Source: Callorhinchus milii (taxonomy: Eukaryota). Taken from it: a stretch of DNA of 64,000 nucleotides. The notes under the pieces were generated by a model. The model was given only the letters and a program-made list of their open reading frames with translations. It made no database searches and was not told where the DNA came from. Location of the stretch: the NCBI RefSeq assembly GCF_018977255.1, contig NW_024704742.1, positions 99,512,001 to 99,576,000 on the forward strand, in the 5' to 3' direction. Every line of letters starts with the position of its first letter. Positions within the stretch are counted from its first letter, which is position 1. This document shows positions 26,621-41,502 of this stretch, piece by piece. The position numbers and the translations under genes are program-made.

Positions 26621-28313
26621 TATAATGTATAACGACTGTATAATGAGAACATTGTGACATCCCCATTTAATGGATCATCCAGTCTGTCTGCCGCTTGTCT
26701 ATTCCCATTAAGAGAGCTGCTCCCAGCCTCTTACGGACAGGTCTTTGCCATCCTGCTCACATAAAACTGCTGACAAGCCAGAGGATTATATCCTCACAAT
26801 GCGGCGGTGTACTTTGTAATTTAATATGTATAAAATGAGCTGATATGAGGACTAAAATCTCTCAGTTCTCCCCCACCCCTCCCCTCCTCCCAACACCACC
26901 ACAGCCGCCTTGTCAATGGAAGTTGTTGAAACACAGATAGCTTCAGGGAAGACTGCAACTGTTTTAAAGCTGAAAGACACATTCTTTGATGAAACCTCCC
27001 TTTGTTGTGAACTGAAAACCTGTTTCGAACCTTACAAGCACTTGTAGACTATAATCAAATGTAGTCCCGCAGAACCTACAGGACGGGCTCTCTTCCCATC
27101 CCCCCACTTCCACCACCTCCGCCTCTCAGTCAACATTCAAATTGAATGAGAATAAAAACAAAAGGCACAAAGACTTTATTCAGGGGGGGAAAAAAAGAGA
27201 TAACAAAGTGACACTGATGAGTCACTTTCATTAGACAACCTTCTGATCCCATCTGCTCCACAACAGTACCGCACAGGGTGATACAAGGAGTGGGTGTAGC
27301 AACTCAGCACTTCAAAAGTTCCAACACAAAACACCCCACTAAATACAAAGATATCACAATTTTATTATGAGAGGTACTGTAGTTACTCATGTTGCAGCCT
27401 TGCCACCTCCTGCTTCCCAACACACACCTCCTCCAATTGCCTTTTCTCATCTCTATCCGGTTATGAAGGAGGCCCGCTAAGAGCGCACTATATTCTCTTG
27501 TCGTGGCAAAATTGGAAACCAGCCGTACAGAAAGCACAAGTCGCGCACGTCTGAACAGCTGGACGTGACAGCCTATCAGGATGGGGAAAGTATCTGTCAG
27601 AAACAGACACTCTGCAGTCGGCGACATTACTCCAGCTCGATTTTTCCCAGGTGCCTACATGCACTGAGCAGAAGCTTGGCAATTCATCACACAAACCAAA
27701 GTAGAGTCAGGCTTGCTCTACAAAAGGGTTTGTTCACACACAAAACACACATTTCTTAACTAAAAATCAACTGACCCAGCCGATACAAGAGATCCAATTC
27801 TTCTGAAAGGTTGGCTGGCGCTTATTGATGTAGATGAGGTGTTTTTTGTATAAATACACCAACACATAATACCTTCGCGGTTCACAGATCTACCCTGCGT
27901 GCACGGCCGATAATAAGCAATAGATGATTCGCCAAAAAACATATTACCCCCAAACCACAAACAAGAGACTATGAAGCAATACACAAAACATCTGCGCTGG
28001 TGTGCTGTGAAAGGAACCGCGGAGGCCATGAATCACTGCTCAGGAATCACTTGCTCTGTTTGCATTGGTGCTCCCAATCAGCAATTCTCAAAACCCTAAC
28101 AACAAACGTCCCTCGTGGCTTTGAAGTTGTTATTTTATATAAAAAAATGGGATGAATTTAGGTGATCAGCAATTGATGGACACCAATTCTCAAAACCCTA
28201 ACACAAAAAATCCTCTTGGCTTTGGGTGTTTAACATAAAAAATGGGCAGAATTTAGGCGGTATTGTGGGGATTTTTTTGCCAAGGCCTGTAGCTTTCCCC
28301 TGGATGGGTTATC

Positions 28314-28530
28314 AATAACATGTATTTATATAGCACCCTTCATGTAGGATAATGTCTTGGAGCACTATACAGGAATGGGGTTAGATGCCAAGCAAGAGGG
28401 GAGGAGAGGGAAAGTGGCCATATGCACATTCAAAGAGATAGGCTTTAAAGCAGAATTTAAAGACAGAGAGAGGGGGCAAGACAAATGGTGGAGGCAATGA
28501 GTTGCAGAGGTTAGGAGCGTAGGATCTGAC
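28314..28530 (-). mobile_element. Old L2 3' fragment
   Basis: tgtatttatatagcaccctt tail signature plus purine-rich L2-like 3' sequence. Confidence 0.55.
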
Positions 28531-31500
28531 ATTAGATCTTCAATTTTTGTGAGAGGTTAAATGATAAATTTGATGTGACCGGGTTAGGCGACTTTTGTTA
28601 CTTCTCCCCCACGCAATGATTCCTGATATCTGTTATTGTAAATGGATCCGATGATCGTGTCCCATTATAAGTATTATTTTTTTGTTTGTTTTCTGCACTT
28701 ATTATTTATTATTAACAAGCCTCGCATTTGATACGGTGCCTTACCACGCAGTCAAAATGTCTCTGGGCATTTCACAGGATTCTACTGCCAAGTGTAGTGA
28801 CGGTGCTTTTATGGGAAATTGATACTCAAAAAGGATGAATAAAAAGACACCAAATGAAGGAACATGGCACGGACTGATCTGGAGTTCGGAGAGATAGAGG
28901 GAGAGAGAGACACTCTTTTTATTTTATTTGAGCGTGTGGCATTCCGATCGCTGAGGTATTCTGTAAATCACCAAAGACGGCTGCCTAAGCTGGTTGAGAA
29001 GACTTTTAAAAGCGACACTGATTCTGCTTAAAGATACGGCTACCACCAATCTAATCATTAGTACTGCGACAGCACTCGTGTGAACACATCAATTATGGGC
29101 GAGTGCCAAAAGCTCCAGAGATCTAGGAGATTAACAGCCAATCCTCTGTTTTACAAGTGCACATCAAAAAGAATATTAATAAGAGGAGGGGGCGGTGTGA
29201 AAGCTTGTCAGGCTGATTCAGCCACTGATGTAAAGTATTTCTTCCAGCCTTGAACTATTCCAAGAAAGAAACTGGCACAGACAACAAAGTCCATAGAACT
29301 CCACCACCCCCCCTCCCTTTTCAAAAGCGCTTTTGCTTGCGATCACTGTAACATTTAGGAAAAGGAAAAGTCTGGACTTAATTTCTGCCTTCTTGAGAGA
29401 AAATGTTTATGGGCCAGAACACATAAAGCTCCAGCTTCTCGTTTTAGCCCGTTCTCTTTTGGGATGTTGAACCCGAACATTACAAGGTAGAACTGCATTT
29501 ATCTAATAATGGTATTCTCTTTCCCCGCCCCCACCACCGCTTTCACCTCTTGCAAAAAACAAATAGACTCGTCTCAAATTTCAGAGCGCTCCATCTCTGC
29601 CGATTTCTTCTTGAAAACACTTGGGATTGTCAAAACGTATCTACAGGTGCTCCTAGAAGGAGGGAAGCTAATTAGTTTATGCAAGATTCACAATATAATA
29701 ATCATTAATTTGATATAGCATCTTATCAAGATGTCTCAAAACCCTGCACGTGAATTTTACTGTGAAGTATAGTGACTGCGTATTTTGTCCAATCTGTTTA
29801 AAGTAAAAATAATCTTTGAGTTTGACATAGCTCCTATATTTACCGAGAACGACCCAAAGGGCTTTCCAGAGTTTCTGTGACGTGTAGTGACTGATTATTT
29901 GTAGGTACTGCATTGTGTAGGCTGATACAAGGAATAAGGCAGTTTATTGAATTCTGTGGCTTCTACTGCAAGAAGTATTTGGAATGCAGATTTCTTTTCA
30001 TCAAGACTTCCCTGTATTATTGCTGTTCCAGACTGCTTGATATTGCCAAATACAAACTCCTGAATACAGTATTCCTAACATCGCTGGAAATCTATTACTG
30101 TTTAGCCAGTCAACCACCAGCAATTCACAGCACGACACATGCCAAGGGTTCTTTATTCTTCCTCCCCTAAACCCTGAGTGCTTATTCAGCTCTAAACCTG
30201 GAATGGCAGACTTAATACTCTGCACAGCTACCTGCTCTCGAATTCACAGCAGCAGATTTACAAGGTCAATGGCATCAGGCAGCATTGAGACGTGGAGAGA
30301 TTACAGAATCTGGAAGGCTATGGGTAGGAAAAGCGCAAAAACAGAATGGGCGTGGGATTGTTGGACTAGAGTATACTCACAATAAAAATAAAAAATAGTA
30401 GCAGGTTATCAATGAATCTTTTTAACATGGTTTTACAAACTGTGCGGTCACAAAGAATTAAAAATACTAACACTGTGACTGCTGTTTTAAGAGATTAGAA
30501 GCAATCAGCCCTGACTAAGGATACAGTATTTGGTACCACTGTCTAGCTCCGATACCAAATGAGCTTAAATAAATCAGCAACAAGCAGACATTTAAATAAG
30601 GGTAAACTACGGCTGACAGTATTGTTGAGTCCTTGTCTTGTAGATCGCTCTGGTATCTGTAATTAACATATGAATGAAATCTTCACATTCGCTCAATTAG
30701 TCACAGACACTGTGAGTAAACTGAGAAAGCAAATGCTGCACATCACAAGGATTTACAACCACAAGCACTACACCATAAGATCACCCTTTCCTATTAAATA
30801 TGCACAGCCACAACGAGCAAACCAATTCTCCCCCCACCCACCCCTCCTAAAGCAAGCACGGGTTCCACATAAACCCTTCAAGCCAAAAAGATGCTCATTG
30901 TGGAAGAAAAGAATGAGCCCGAACAATCCTGTCTTTCACAGCAGCTGTACTCAGCACAATTAATCCAACTGGCTTTCTGTTTCACCGCATTGTTCTTTTA
31001 AACTGCAGAGATATGGCATCAAAGCGAACAATTCACTCACGTCACAAAAGGAGCTAATATAAATGTCACCCAACACTACAGTACAAGACAAATACACACA
31101 TTGTTTTTTTGATATTATATAAAAAAGTTTCAACACCCTCCACAAAGGAAGCGAGCTGGCCCCGGGGTGAATGGAGTGCCCAAAACACAAAAGCAGCCCT
31201 TCTGAAAGATGGCTCACAAAAAAATTGGAGGCTTTCTCTGCTTCTCTGCCTCCCCCATTCCCCAGACTCCACTTTCCACCTGTTCAGTGCAGATCTGGAG
31301 GCTCCTCCATTTATCAACCAACAAATGGCCACTTATAGGTAAGAATGAGCCAAATAAATAAAGCCTAGAGGGATATAAAATCCACTCCGAGGAGAAATTC
31401 CCTGCTCCACAGTACACACTTACATACTTCTCCCTCCCGGTGCTGGCTATTTGGTCCCTCTATTATTATTTTTTTTGGGGGGGGAAAGAGAAGCAAAAAA

Positions 31501-34500
31501 AAAAAAGCCATTTTGGGGAGGGGTAAAAAAAATTCTTGAGCAACTGCATAGTGTTAGTGGCATATCCTCATGCACACATTCCATTGGTAGGGGGGTTACT
31601 TAGTCGCAACCATGGAGTAAGAACCATGGCTAACTGTATCCCCATTCTATGGACATTGAGACCCAAGTCCACCGGAGCTGAGATTGACCAGATCAGCAAA
31701 ACACCCAATATCAAGCCCAGGACTTATCAGGTTTAACAACACACAAGGGTGTGTTCACCTATTGAACCAGCATCTTTGCTTCCTCATATCACTTTTACTT
31801 AATCCGTGACTTTGACCAGATTAACAATCGTTAAATGATAAAAACGTCTCCAGTGTAGACACCAATTTAAAGAGAAAGTGCACAGAGTTTTTGAGTTCAC
31901 GAGTGTTAATAAGACTAGTTGCCAGCCAGGAACTTAGATGAGACAGTAGCTAATAAATAACTCAATTGCTCCACCTCCTACTGAAAGCCGATAACTCTTG
32001 GCACTGCCACCATTGGAACAGAGAATATTTTACTCCCCCAATTTTTCTCACAGTTAGCACTGCTTAAAATCAAGTGTTTGCTTAGCCTACAGCAGTCTGA
32101 TTAACTGCAAAATGGCAATTTTGGCAGTGGCAAAGGGCCAAAGTCTTGCACGACATGGCGCAAAGCGTTTTGACTAATGGTACTGAACGGTGCTCTTAAT
32201 GGTGACATTGAGTTAATGGTGTATTTATGGGATTTTCTTGGAAAGGATTCATAATGTGCCTTGAACAGTATTCTGAGTTCCAGCAAACTCTACCGCCTCG
32301 TTTCAACTTTATAGCTTTTAAAAAGGTTGGAAATGACATCAAACCCACTCGTTTGCTTCAGTTCATGGTTCCACAGTTCCCACAGAGCAAGCAGCGCCAG
32401 AGATCAGCTTTCACTGAAACACTATATTAAGTGACTTTGAGAATGCTTTGATAGAGTTGTGTTGTTCCACCCATTTACTTTTGTGGGGGAGGCGGTGGAA
32501 ATAATGAACAAATGTGCTCGCAGAGTCACCCGTGTAACTTTACTCCTTTCTCATGTTCTGCTGCTGAATATCCGTCCCCATCCAAGTTTGCAGCAACACC
32601 CCCACCCGCGCACCCCCCCCCCCCCCACCACCACGCCTTTTTTTTGTAAAGGATCTCCGATTCCTAACGTTCAGAGAACCTTTTCTCTTTACACAGAACT
32701 GAAGGTGACGCGTCCGTTCAGCCAGTTCAGCAGCTATTTTAGTAAGTGCATTGTTATTGCCGTTCAAATGAAACCACACAGGTATTCAGTTACAGTAAGT
32801 GTGCTTGAGCCATGTTATTACAGTGCAGTGCTGGCTTCTCAGACTCCATTGCATCCCATTATACGATTACAGCACTGCATTGCCTTTATAAACATCAAAA
32901 GCATACAGTTGGTTGGACAGGTACAAATGAGGAGATTTTACTAAAGGTGTTGCAGATTTTGAGACACAGTGTATCTGCAGGGACTATGTGACGAAATGGA
33001 AAAATAGGAATCAAGGTCGACTGAGCCGTGGCAGTAAATGACAGGACACCTCCAATTGTTTATAGAATCAGTGAGGTGCACCACGGCATATCTAACTCTA
33101 TCCTGAGAGCCTGGTTTGCATTTTAATGGGGGAGGAGTGGGGAGGGGAAGGAGGGAGTAAGAGAGAAAGAAAAATAGTTCATGTGGAAAGGTAATAATAC
33201 TTGCATTTGTAATTTAGGAAGAGAATAATATCTGGCTTGCAACACAAAATAGGGCTCGCTCCAATATTGAGCCCTACCAGATTGTTTCTGCAATTGATAT
33301 AAATAAATCTCTTCAATCAGTCAATTGACATTATTTCTGCTAACCCGACCTTACATAAAAGAGCACTGGGAAACCCACAAGGAGCCCACAAAAAGCACAC
33401 AAAACCTTCCACACTACACTCTAGAGCAAGTCAAAAGAACTAGCAGGGTTCATGGAAATTAGATTCAACTAATCCAAAAACGCTGTATCAAATGCAAGGA
33501 TTATTATTATATTATTATTATATTATTAACTTGCAGGTTAAACGGGAGAGTGCAGTTTAAAAACGAAGCAGTATTTCTCTAGAAAAACAAGACCATTTCA
33601 TTCCACTTAGCCATAAAAATATAATCAGCAAGAGAGAGAGCGCAGTACATTGCTAGCTTGACTAGTGCAAAATTCACAATACAAATTAACACTTCCGTAT
33701 GGTAATTAAGCTGCTGATTTATGGTGCTGTACACTAAGTGAAAGCAATTTACAAAATATAAAGCTGCACACAAAAATTTACAGCAGGAAAAGAAGGCCAA
33801 TAATACCAGCCAGGCTGCGTTACTGAAGTTCATCTTATCCAAGTCGGTAAATGGAAGGAATTTATAAATGCAAAATGTTAAGTGTGGCTGCATTTTTGGG
33901 GGGGAATCTGTATTTCAACCTCAGTGACCTCACGGAATATGTGCAAATCTGAAGAACTGTCCAAGCGATCAAACCAAAATGATGGCGAAGAATGCACTAT
34001 AGCCTGGTTAACAGCAATTCACCAAATGTCAAGCATCGGGAAATGAATCGCTTCAACTCCCAGCTAACCATTAGCACGGGCCACTAATTAATTAGGAGAA
34101 AGGACCAATGGCAGATTTATAGCACATGGTGCTGTGTTTTACACTCAGAAAGTCCAAAACACGACTTAAAAGACAAGGGTCAAGAAAAAGCATCTATTTA
34201 CTTTGATTTACTGAAGCACGTCTCCCTCTTCGTCATCAATCCCCCGCTTCCCTCCCCTCCCCCCTGCAGACTCTGCACCAACAACAGCTTTAAGCCTGTT
34301 CCGCCAACAACTGGTGTCCGTTGGCTGTGAGCAGCTTGTCTGCCTTGTCGGGTTTCTGTCAGTCTGCAAAGGTGCGGTGACGTTGCGCATTCTTCACCCA
34401 TTGTTCTTCTCAAGGCACTTACTGTGCTCGGAGGTTAGCATTTCACTCCAATAAGATTGCATTTTGTCTCCTGGTTATTTTTTTTTTTGGGGGGGGGATT

Positions 34501-35019
34501 AGGTATGTGGCAGGGACTACCAGCAGTTAAGCAAGAAAACACAGCAAATCATTTACTGCCTCACCCCCTCCAGTACATTCTCTCTGCCTCTCCCCCCGCC
34601 CCTCCCTCATTCCAAACAATATTTTGCTAACAAATTGGGCTGTCTATCTATAAACAAATGATTTGCTCTACAATTAAGCCATTCATTTATATTCCTGCTG
34701 GTTGGCCACCAGCCAAGTGCGAGCTCCCAGCCTCTTGTTATTTACCACGGTTAAAAGACAATGGATGCATTTTCAACTTCACATCACCACAACGTGACAA
34801 AAGCAGAGTTCTCGGAATCAAACAGGCAATGCAATAAATAACTGCACTAGCACGGTTGACTTAGTCTTTGCTTTATGGCTATTTGTTTATCCAAAACTCC
34901 CGTTGCTTTGCAAGGGAAGGAAGGGAGTTTCTCTCGGTTTTCTGACCAACAACCTTCCAGAGGAAAAAAATGTTACAGTAGTGTCACTCAAACATCCATT
35001 CACTTCATGGATGTTTGCA

Positions 35020-35600
35020 AGTGCATAAATTGGCTATCTGGCACATCTACAAATACAGTCACTAAACTTCACATAGCCAATTTGTGCACAGTAAAATCCC
35101 ATAAAAGAGAAAGGAATTTATCCCAGTGACCAGGCCAACAATCTGCCAAGTAAAATTGATTACTCCCGACATGGTTGTTTTTGGGACACTACTGTTTGCA
35201 AATTGGCTGCCCCCATCACCCACAAAATACACACAGCCATATACTTTCCAGTATATCCTATGAAGCACTTTGAGCTGCCTCAACAACACGATAAGGTGTT
35301 CTACCAAATGCAAGCATAATTATATATATAATAGATATATATAATAAAAACGCCATCGAATGAATCACCAATTTTATATTAATGGCATGATCCCGTTACT
35401 AACTGCGTTGATGGAAACTTCATTACAAAATTGCATGTTTACTTTCTCTTGCAACATCCAACTGAATAGGCAGACACAACCTCGGTTTTACTGTCGTATC
35501 GGAAACACAGCACTTCAGACAATGTAACGCTCCAGCCCTAGTACTGCACAAGATTGTCAGCTAAGACGAGGGCTTAACAATTCACAATCTTCGGACACAA
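35020..35600. mobile_element. Mixed decayed SINE fragments
   Basis: A plus-strand 3' module at 35183-35325 and a minus-strand Deu-like core at ~35455-35565. Confidence 0.6.
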
Positions 35601-37865
35601 AGGCAAGATTGCTTCAACTAGAGCAAAAGAGACGTAAGAAAATCTATCTGCATGACCTAAAAAGGCACACAGGGATGCTAGCCACTTCTCCCACAAATTT
35701 ATTTGCATTTCTCTTTCCACTAAGTCAGCATCATACATATTTTAATCAAGCCTTGTACAAGTCTTGTATTAATCAGGCCTATAACACCACAGTGATCTGT
35801 TGCTCTGAGCCTTGCAGAAATACACCATTGGTCAATATTGTTGCCATCACCGCCTAAAAGAAACATGCAACATTGCTTTCTGCCTTGTACACAATATTTC
35901 TTGGGCTGAGCTGCCTCTCTTTCTTTGAGCTCCACGAGGCCACACTCTCCGAGCTGTGTCATGCATCATGCTGCCCTTAAACCCTTGAATGTTTGTACTG
36001 CTCACATTTTGTGAATGAAGTGAAAAATTGCACCCTGCAGGAGCTGTGAGCAGCAAAGTCAATGACAGTAAATAGGATGGCACTGGAGAAGCCAGAGTAA
36101 ATAAAAAAGGGAATGAGCACAGCTAATGCAAAAAGCTGACAGCTTTGAAGAGCCAGAGGCAATTCAAGTGCACTGGGAGTAGAATTAAAAATGTTACACT
36201 AATCTCACATGACACCTCCTATTATAGACTAATAATAAAATGGGTCCCTTTTGCTTTGGGTATTTTTAGTAAAATGTTGTAAGTGTTCCTTTTAAGAAAG
36301 GACCTCCTGATAACAACAGCAAGAATTTACACTTATATAGCATGTTTCACAATCGGGGGAACATCTCAAAGCCTTTTAGAGATAAGAGTGTTCTGCTGGC
36401 CGAAGGCTCAAAGGCAGACACTGTGACATGTTTTGAAAGCAGAGAGGGAGGGGGTGAGATGGAGGGATTTGGGGAGAGAATTCCACAACACCTTTTATTG
36501 TTTCTAAACCCTGAAGACTCACTTCTCATTATTTTAGTGCATCGGGAACTTACAGCTTCGTAACCGGACACAAATTTTTGAATGTGCCAGAATACAGATC
36601 AAAAGTGTAAAGACAAAGTATCTGTTTCAAGCACTTCTGATATTGCTTTACACAGGTAAAACTGTCCATAAAGTGTAGGTCATGGGGCAAAGAAGGAAGT
36701 CATACATGGTGGGTATAGAAACTAGATTGATTTGTTTAAAATTAGTCTATTGCCTATTAATCCAATAAGAGCTGCTGTCAGGATTAAAAGTACACAGGCA
36801 TCCCCAAGATACAAAAACAGCACCAGCCGGGATAGAATGCTAATGTCAGCGGGCGGGGGGTTAACTGAGGAAACGGATTGTGTAGGATAATATAGCGATG
36901 GTGTAATGGAAACAGCTGCTTGCTTTATACGCTAGTGTCTGGCATCTGCTGCAGCATCATGGGAAAGATTGGTTTAGGATTTCGACAGCAAATGTAAATT
37001 CAGACAACTAGCCAAACAGCAGGATACAGAATATGCACAAAGAGCTGGATGATCTCTGTAGAAAATAATGAAAGAATGGCATAACAGATTCCAGTGGGGC
37101 TTTGATACTGATATGCTACTGTAGTGGGCTATGGATTTAAACGAGATGTCCCGTTGGGGTGCAGTATTGTATCTGGGCAGCAAGAAGCAATAATTACCAC
37201 AATGACAGAAATGTATATTGCAACATGCAGACACTTACACACTGCTGCATCTGTGGTTCATTAAACCCTCATTCGAAACCACCTCTGCACTGGAAACTGA
37301 ACAAGGACTGAACAAGAGCTCGACAGAATGCTTCACCTGTCAATTCAAATCTACTTAGTCAACATTCGGTGCTAAATGTGCCATATGTGCAAGCTTTGGG
37401 AGCAGGCTGTGTGTAAAAAAAAATTCCAGTGCACCCCTTGAAGAAAAGCAAAGCCAGTGCAAGACCATCTGCTCCCATTCGAGGATTCCAATTGGAAAGG
37501 AACACAAGTACTGTATTTACTGTGTTTGCCTCCTCTCCTTACGGAAGGACTTCAGTTTTTCTTTCTAAACTTTTCATGCTGTGGGGGTGGGGGAGAGATC
37601 AGTAAAATATGCTTCAGGTTCAAAATTCAACAAGCTGGATGCTTGCTCTCAATTGAAGAGTCTTAATTACTCCACGTTCCTTCAATAAAAATAAGCCAGT
37701 GGGGAAATAGTCAAAGATAAAGCTCTTATTTAGTTAACGTATAGGTTTACTTTATGAATTAAATACTTTATAGGGTCAAAAGTACAAAACAATAAGTGTA
37801 TAAAGTCACTACTCGGATGTTTCCAACGCATGCATCTGTGTTGAGTGTAGATATTAAAATATATT

Positions 37866-38180
37866 GTGGAGTCCTGTAGCTCAGTGGTTAGAGCACTCGC
37901 CTTGCAAGCAAGACATCCGAGTTCAATTCCAGGCAGGGCGAAACCTTGGGCGAAGTTTCCTTACTCCACACACCTAATAATAATCCCTCCAAAACAAAAC
38001 AATAATAGATTGGTCATTTTCAATCCACGACTGTTTGTGGGACACTGCTGTGCGCAATTGGCTGCCTCGTTTCGCCCACAAATATACAGTCGATTCACTT
38101 TACAGCATATTCTGTGAAGTGCTTTGAGACGTCTAGAAGACGTGAAAAGCGCTATATCAAATGCAAGGATTATTATTATT
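37866..38180 (+). mobile_element. Full-length tRNA-derived SINE (short variant)
   Basis: A box TAGCTCAGTGG, B box GTTCAATTCC, 3' stem-loop and tcaaatgcaagg(ATT)n tail. Confidence 0.92.
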
Positions 38181-40083
38181 AAAAGGAAGAGGAAAGGAAG
38201 AGAGAAGTCATGTGGATTTAACCTGTCAAACTGTCAACGACCGTCATCCATCCCAATCTTTGCTGGACAAGACAAATCAGTGAGATTACTAAAAAGAGGC
38301 AGATCTCATTTTAATTCCCATGTTGTAACAACTCCAACAGAAACACCCTTCTAAAACATACAGTAGGTCAATTTTGCAATTTGACATTACTTCTTACTTC
38401 ATTTTATTCATCATTTTTCCTTTTCCTCTCTCTTATCGAAGGTGTTTTTGAACCCGAATTATGGGTATGCGATTGCACAGGTTCTATCCGGCATTTTACC
38501 AAAGAGCCCAACGTTCACTGAGAAACTTTGCTTCTTTGACTGAAGGGGATAAAGCAGAGCCTTTTCCCAATACGCAAAAACTCCTTCCAGGGAATGTCTC
38601 TGGATAGCAATCTGCAGCAGGATCTCTGGCTGATTTTCCCCTCCCTAACCCCAAGCGCTCCTCTGGCTGAAATCAGATTATTCTTTCCGGACTGTTTGTC
38701 TCAGCTATTCTCTGGATACTCACTGAATCTATTGGGGGAGCTGCATTTCTTTTGCAATTCAGTTTGTCTTATTATAGTATCTGTAAAGTGGACATGAAGA
38801 TTTATCCTACCGAGTTAGCATTTATAAACTGGCCAGTACCAGAAGCGTTATAAAATGGTTGAATCAAACCCTCCAAAAGCTACAAATCTATAGATAAAAC
38901 TATAAATAACACCGCAACCCTTACATGCGACCAAGAGAAGTGCTCCCACTCCCATAAACACACCACATGAATTTTCTTTCAACTGACAAAAATGATACAA
39001 ACAGCCCTATTGTGAGCCAATCCGCATTTAATCCATGTGTTAATGTCTGAATAGTTTTACAACCCTTTATTCAAATGCAACGGCTTTGTTCGACTTGCCA
39101 AGACCATTTAGTTTGGATTAAGGGGGGAGAAGCAACACACACTGTACTAAAAACCATCACACATACAAAGCAGCCTTTGGTATTACTCCTGTCCTTCTCC
39201 TTTAATACCCTTTAGTAGCAAATTATCGCTTGGCCTGGACTTCTGTTCTTCGCTAACAAAGGATTATCCAATTTGAAGATCTCGTCCTAGTTAATGTTCC
39301 AAGCTGCTGAATTAAAATACTGGTTCAACCATCTATTTAATCTGCTGAATACACTATTTTTGGCACATTTTTCATAACGCTCAAATTGAATTTCCTTTAA
39401 AAATAGGATCAGTATATTTCAGCCGGTCAAATATGCACAACCACAAACCTTGCTTTTTAGTGTTTCCATTGATTATAAATCCAGAAGAAAGGTTGTTTTT
39501 TTTAAAAAAGCAGGGTGGGGGGGGGAGGGCGGGAATCGTTCTACCTAACACAGTGTGCATTTGTGAGTACTTCCAAATAATTCAGTCAGGTTATTGGAAA
39601 TACAGCACTTGTCCATTTGATGTACTGAAATACCATAAATCACATATTATGTTAACTTAATACAGTTTAAATGATACTGAATAATATTACAGGAGGTTTT
39701 GACATTGTAATAGATTACTATCCTTGTACTTGAAAACTTGACAGGTTTTATTTTGCTTATGGAGTTGAGCTCTGTGCAAACAGCTACTCTCAGCTCTTGG
39801 CTTTCTATAGGGATTGGAAAGCTTGTGTTTGACAGGGTTTATCTCAGCTCAAGGACGATGCTTTATGCTTAGCTGGCTGCACGGCTGCATGGTTTGATTA
39901 CGCAGATGGATTTCCCATTTCACTTCCACATTATTTCACTTTAGGTCCTCCCAGTCTTCAACTAAAACCCTGCCACTTTTTAATCCCTGTCAGGGTTAAA
40001 CCCATATTCTGCTACTTTGCTAGCAAAAAGACAAGAAAGGGCCAAATATGAAAATAGTTGATTTAATTAAAGTCCTTCTTTGG

Positions 40084-40470
40084 ATCAGCCTGAGTCAGTG
40101 TAGCACTCTGGTTAGAAGATTGGGACTTGAGCTCACATAGTCTAAGATGACACTCCAGTGCAGGAGGTGGGGGGGACCATTATCAGAGATGCCGTTCATC
40201 AATCAGACGTTAAACTGAGGACCTAGTTTGCCTGCTCAGCTGGATGCTGAAGATCCCATGGCACTATTTGAAAAGAGAAGCAAATTTCTCCCAGTGTCCT
40301 GGCCAACAATTTCTCAAGTAAAATTGCTCATTCACTCCCTGGCTGCTGCATTTGCCCACAAACACTACAAAGTAAAGCCACTTCACAGCATATCTTGTGA
40401 AGTGCTTTGGGACGTCCCCCCGGTGTGAACGACCATACACCAAATTGCAAGGATTATTAATTATCATTAT
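40084..40470 (+). mobile_element. Deu-domain SINE
   Basis: gacgttaaactgagg...gatcccatggcactatttgaaaagag...ccagtgtcctggccaac core plus tail. Confidence 0.8.
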
Positions 40471-41390
40471 AAAACCAGGCAAAAACTTAAAATCAAAAAC
40501 GTCTGAACAAAGTCTCGCTGTCCGAATATTTACACCAGCAGCAGGAGAAAGAGCAGTAGGTCAGTACTGTCATTGCGTTGGCAGCGGGTGTCATTTGAAC
40601 TTCATCTGCATTATTTTAACCTTTGGAAAAGGCACAGAAGGGATGTGCATGAACTAACTGACCTGCCGACTGGTTTTTGAAAAGCAGTCTAGTCTGTCTC
40701 AAGAAAACGTTGCTGGCTTATTCATACTTAAAATCAATTACAGTAAAAAAAACGGGAACTAAGAACATCCTGATTGTGGGTCGACATCCATATGAAAACA
40801 TACCATTATGCTTCTAATTATCTTGACCCACATGGGAAAAAGAGGAATGCATTCTATGTTAATGATCACAACCAGAGGTCCTGCCTTTTCTTTCCCGAGA
40901 AACAGGGGAAGTATCCCCCCTGCCGCTTCACTATTAACATGTCTGTTTCCTGTCAGCCTACTCAGAGATAATGTCATTTATCTCAGAGCGGCACAAGACC
41001 GGTCATTAGCCTCAATAAAAAAGACCTCGAACAAAGGACGGGTGACGGCTTATCCATTGCTCAGCGTCTGCAGCCAAGAAGCTCAGGAGTGGAGGGAGGA
41101 GAAAACACAACCGACTTGAATAATTATCCACCCACGAACCTCTCCTAAAGGGTGTAAGATTACAAATAGGCAGCAGCTCCTTCCCATCTCAGCTTCTGCT
41201 TGTGTTTTGTTTTTCCTTCCTCTCCTGAAGATTGACCCATATTGCTCTATAGATCCCTGGTGCTGGTTATTCTCAAGCACCTTGTCTTGGTACGCATTCT
41301 TCACGTCTGAGCCTAAACAGTACGATGGCCACAAGAGATATCGCAACCTCTCACCTGAAGGTCCACAAGTACATTTTCGTACAAGAGTCA

Positions 41391-41502
41391 TAATAATAAT
41401 CTGTGCATTCGATACTAGCGCCTTATTACGTTTGAGACGTCTGAAAACTCTTCACAGAATATTCTGTAAATTCAATTGACTGTATATTTTGCACGCGAAA
41501 CA
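41391..41502 (-). mobile_element. SINE 3' tail fragment
   Basis: Reverse complement of the shared 3' module (ttcacagaatattctgtaaattcaattgactgtatatttt). Confidence 0.8.

Noticed and set aside
37866..37940. tRNA-like cloverleaf (also at 14992 and 26114)
   Set aside because: SINE heads: they continue into SINE body and tail, and the anticodon loop differs between copies.
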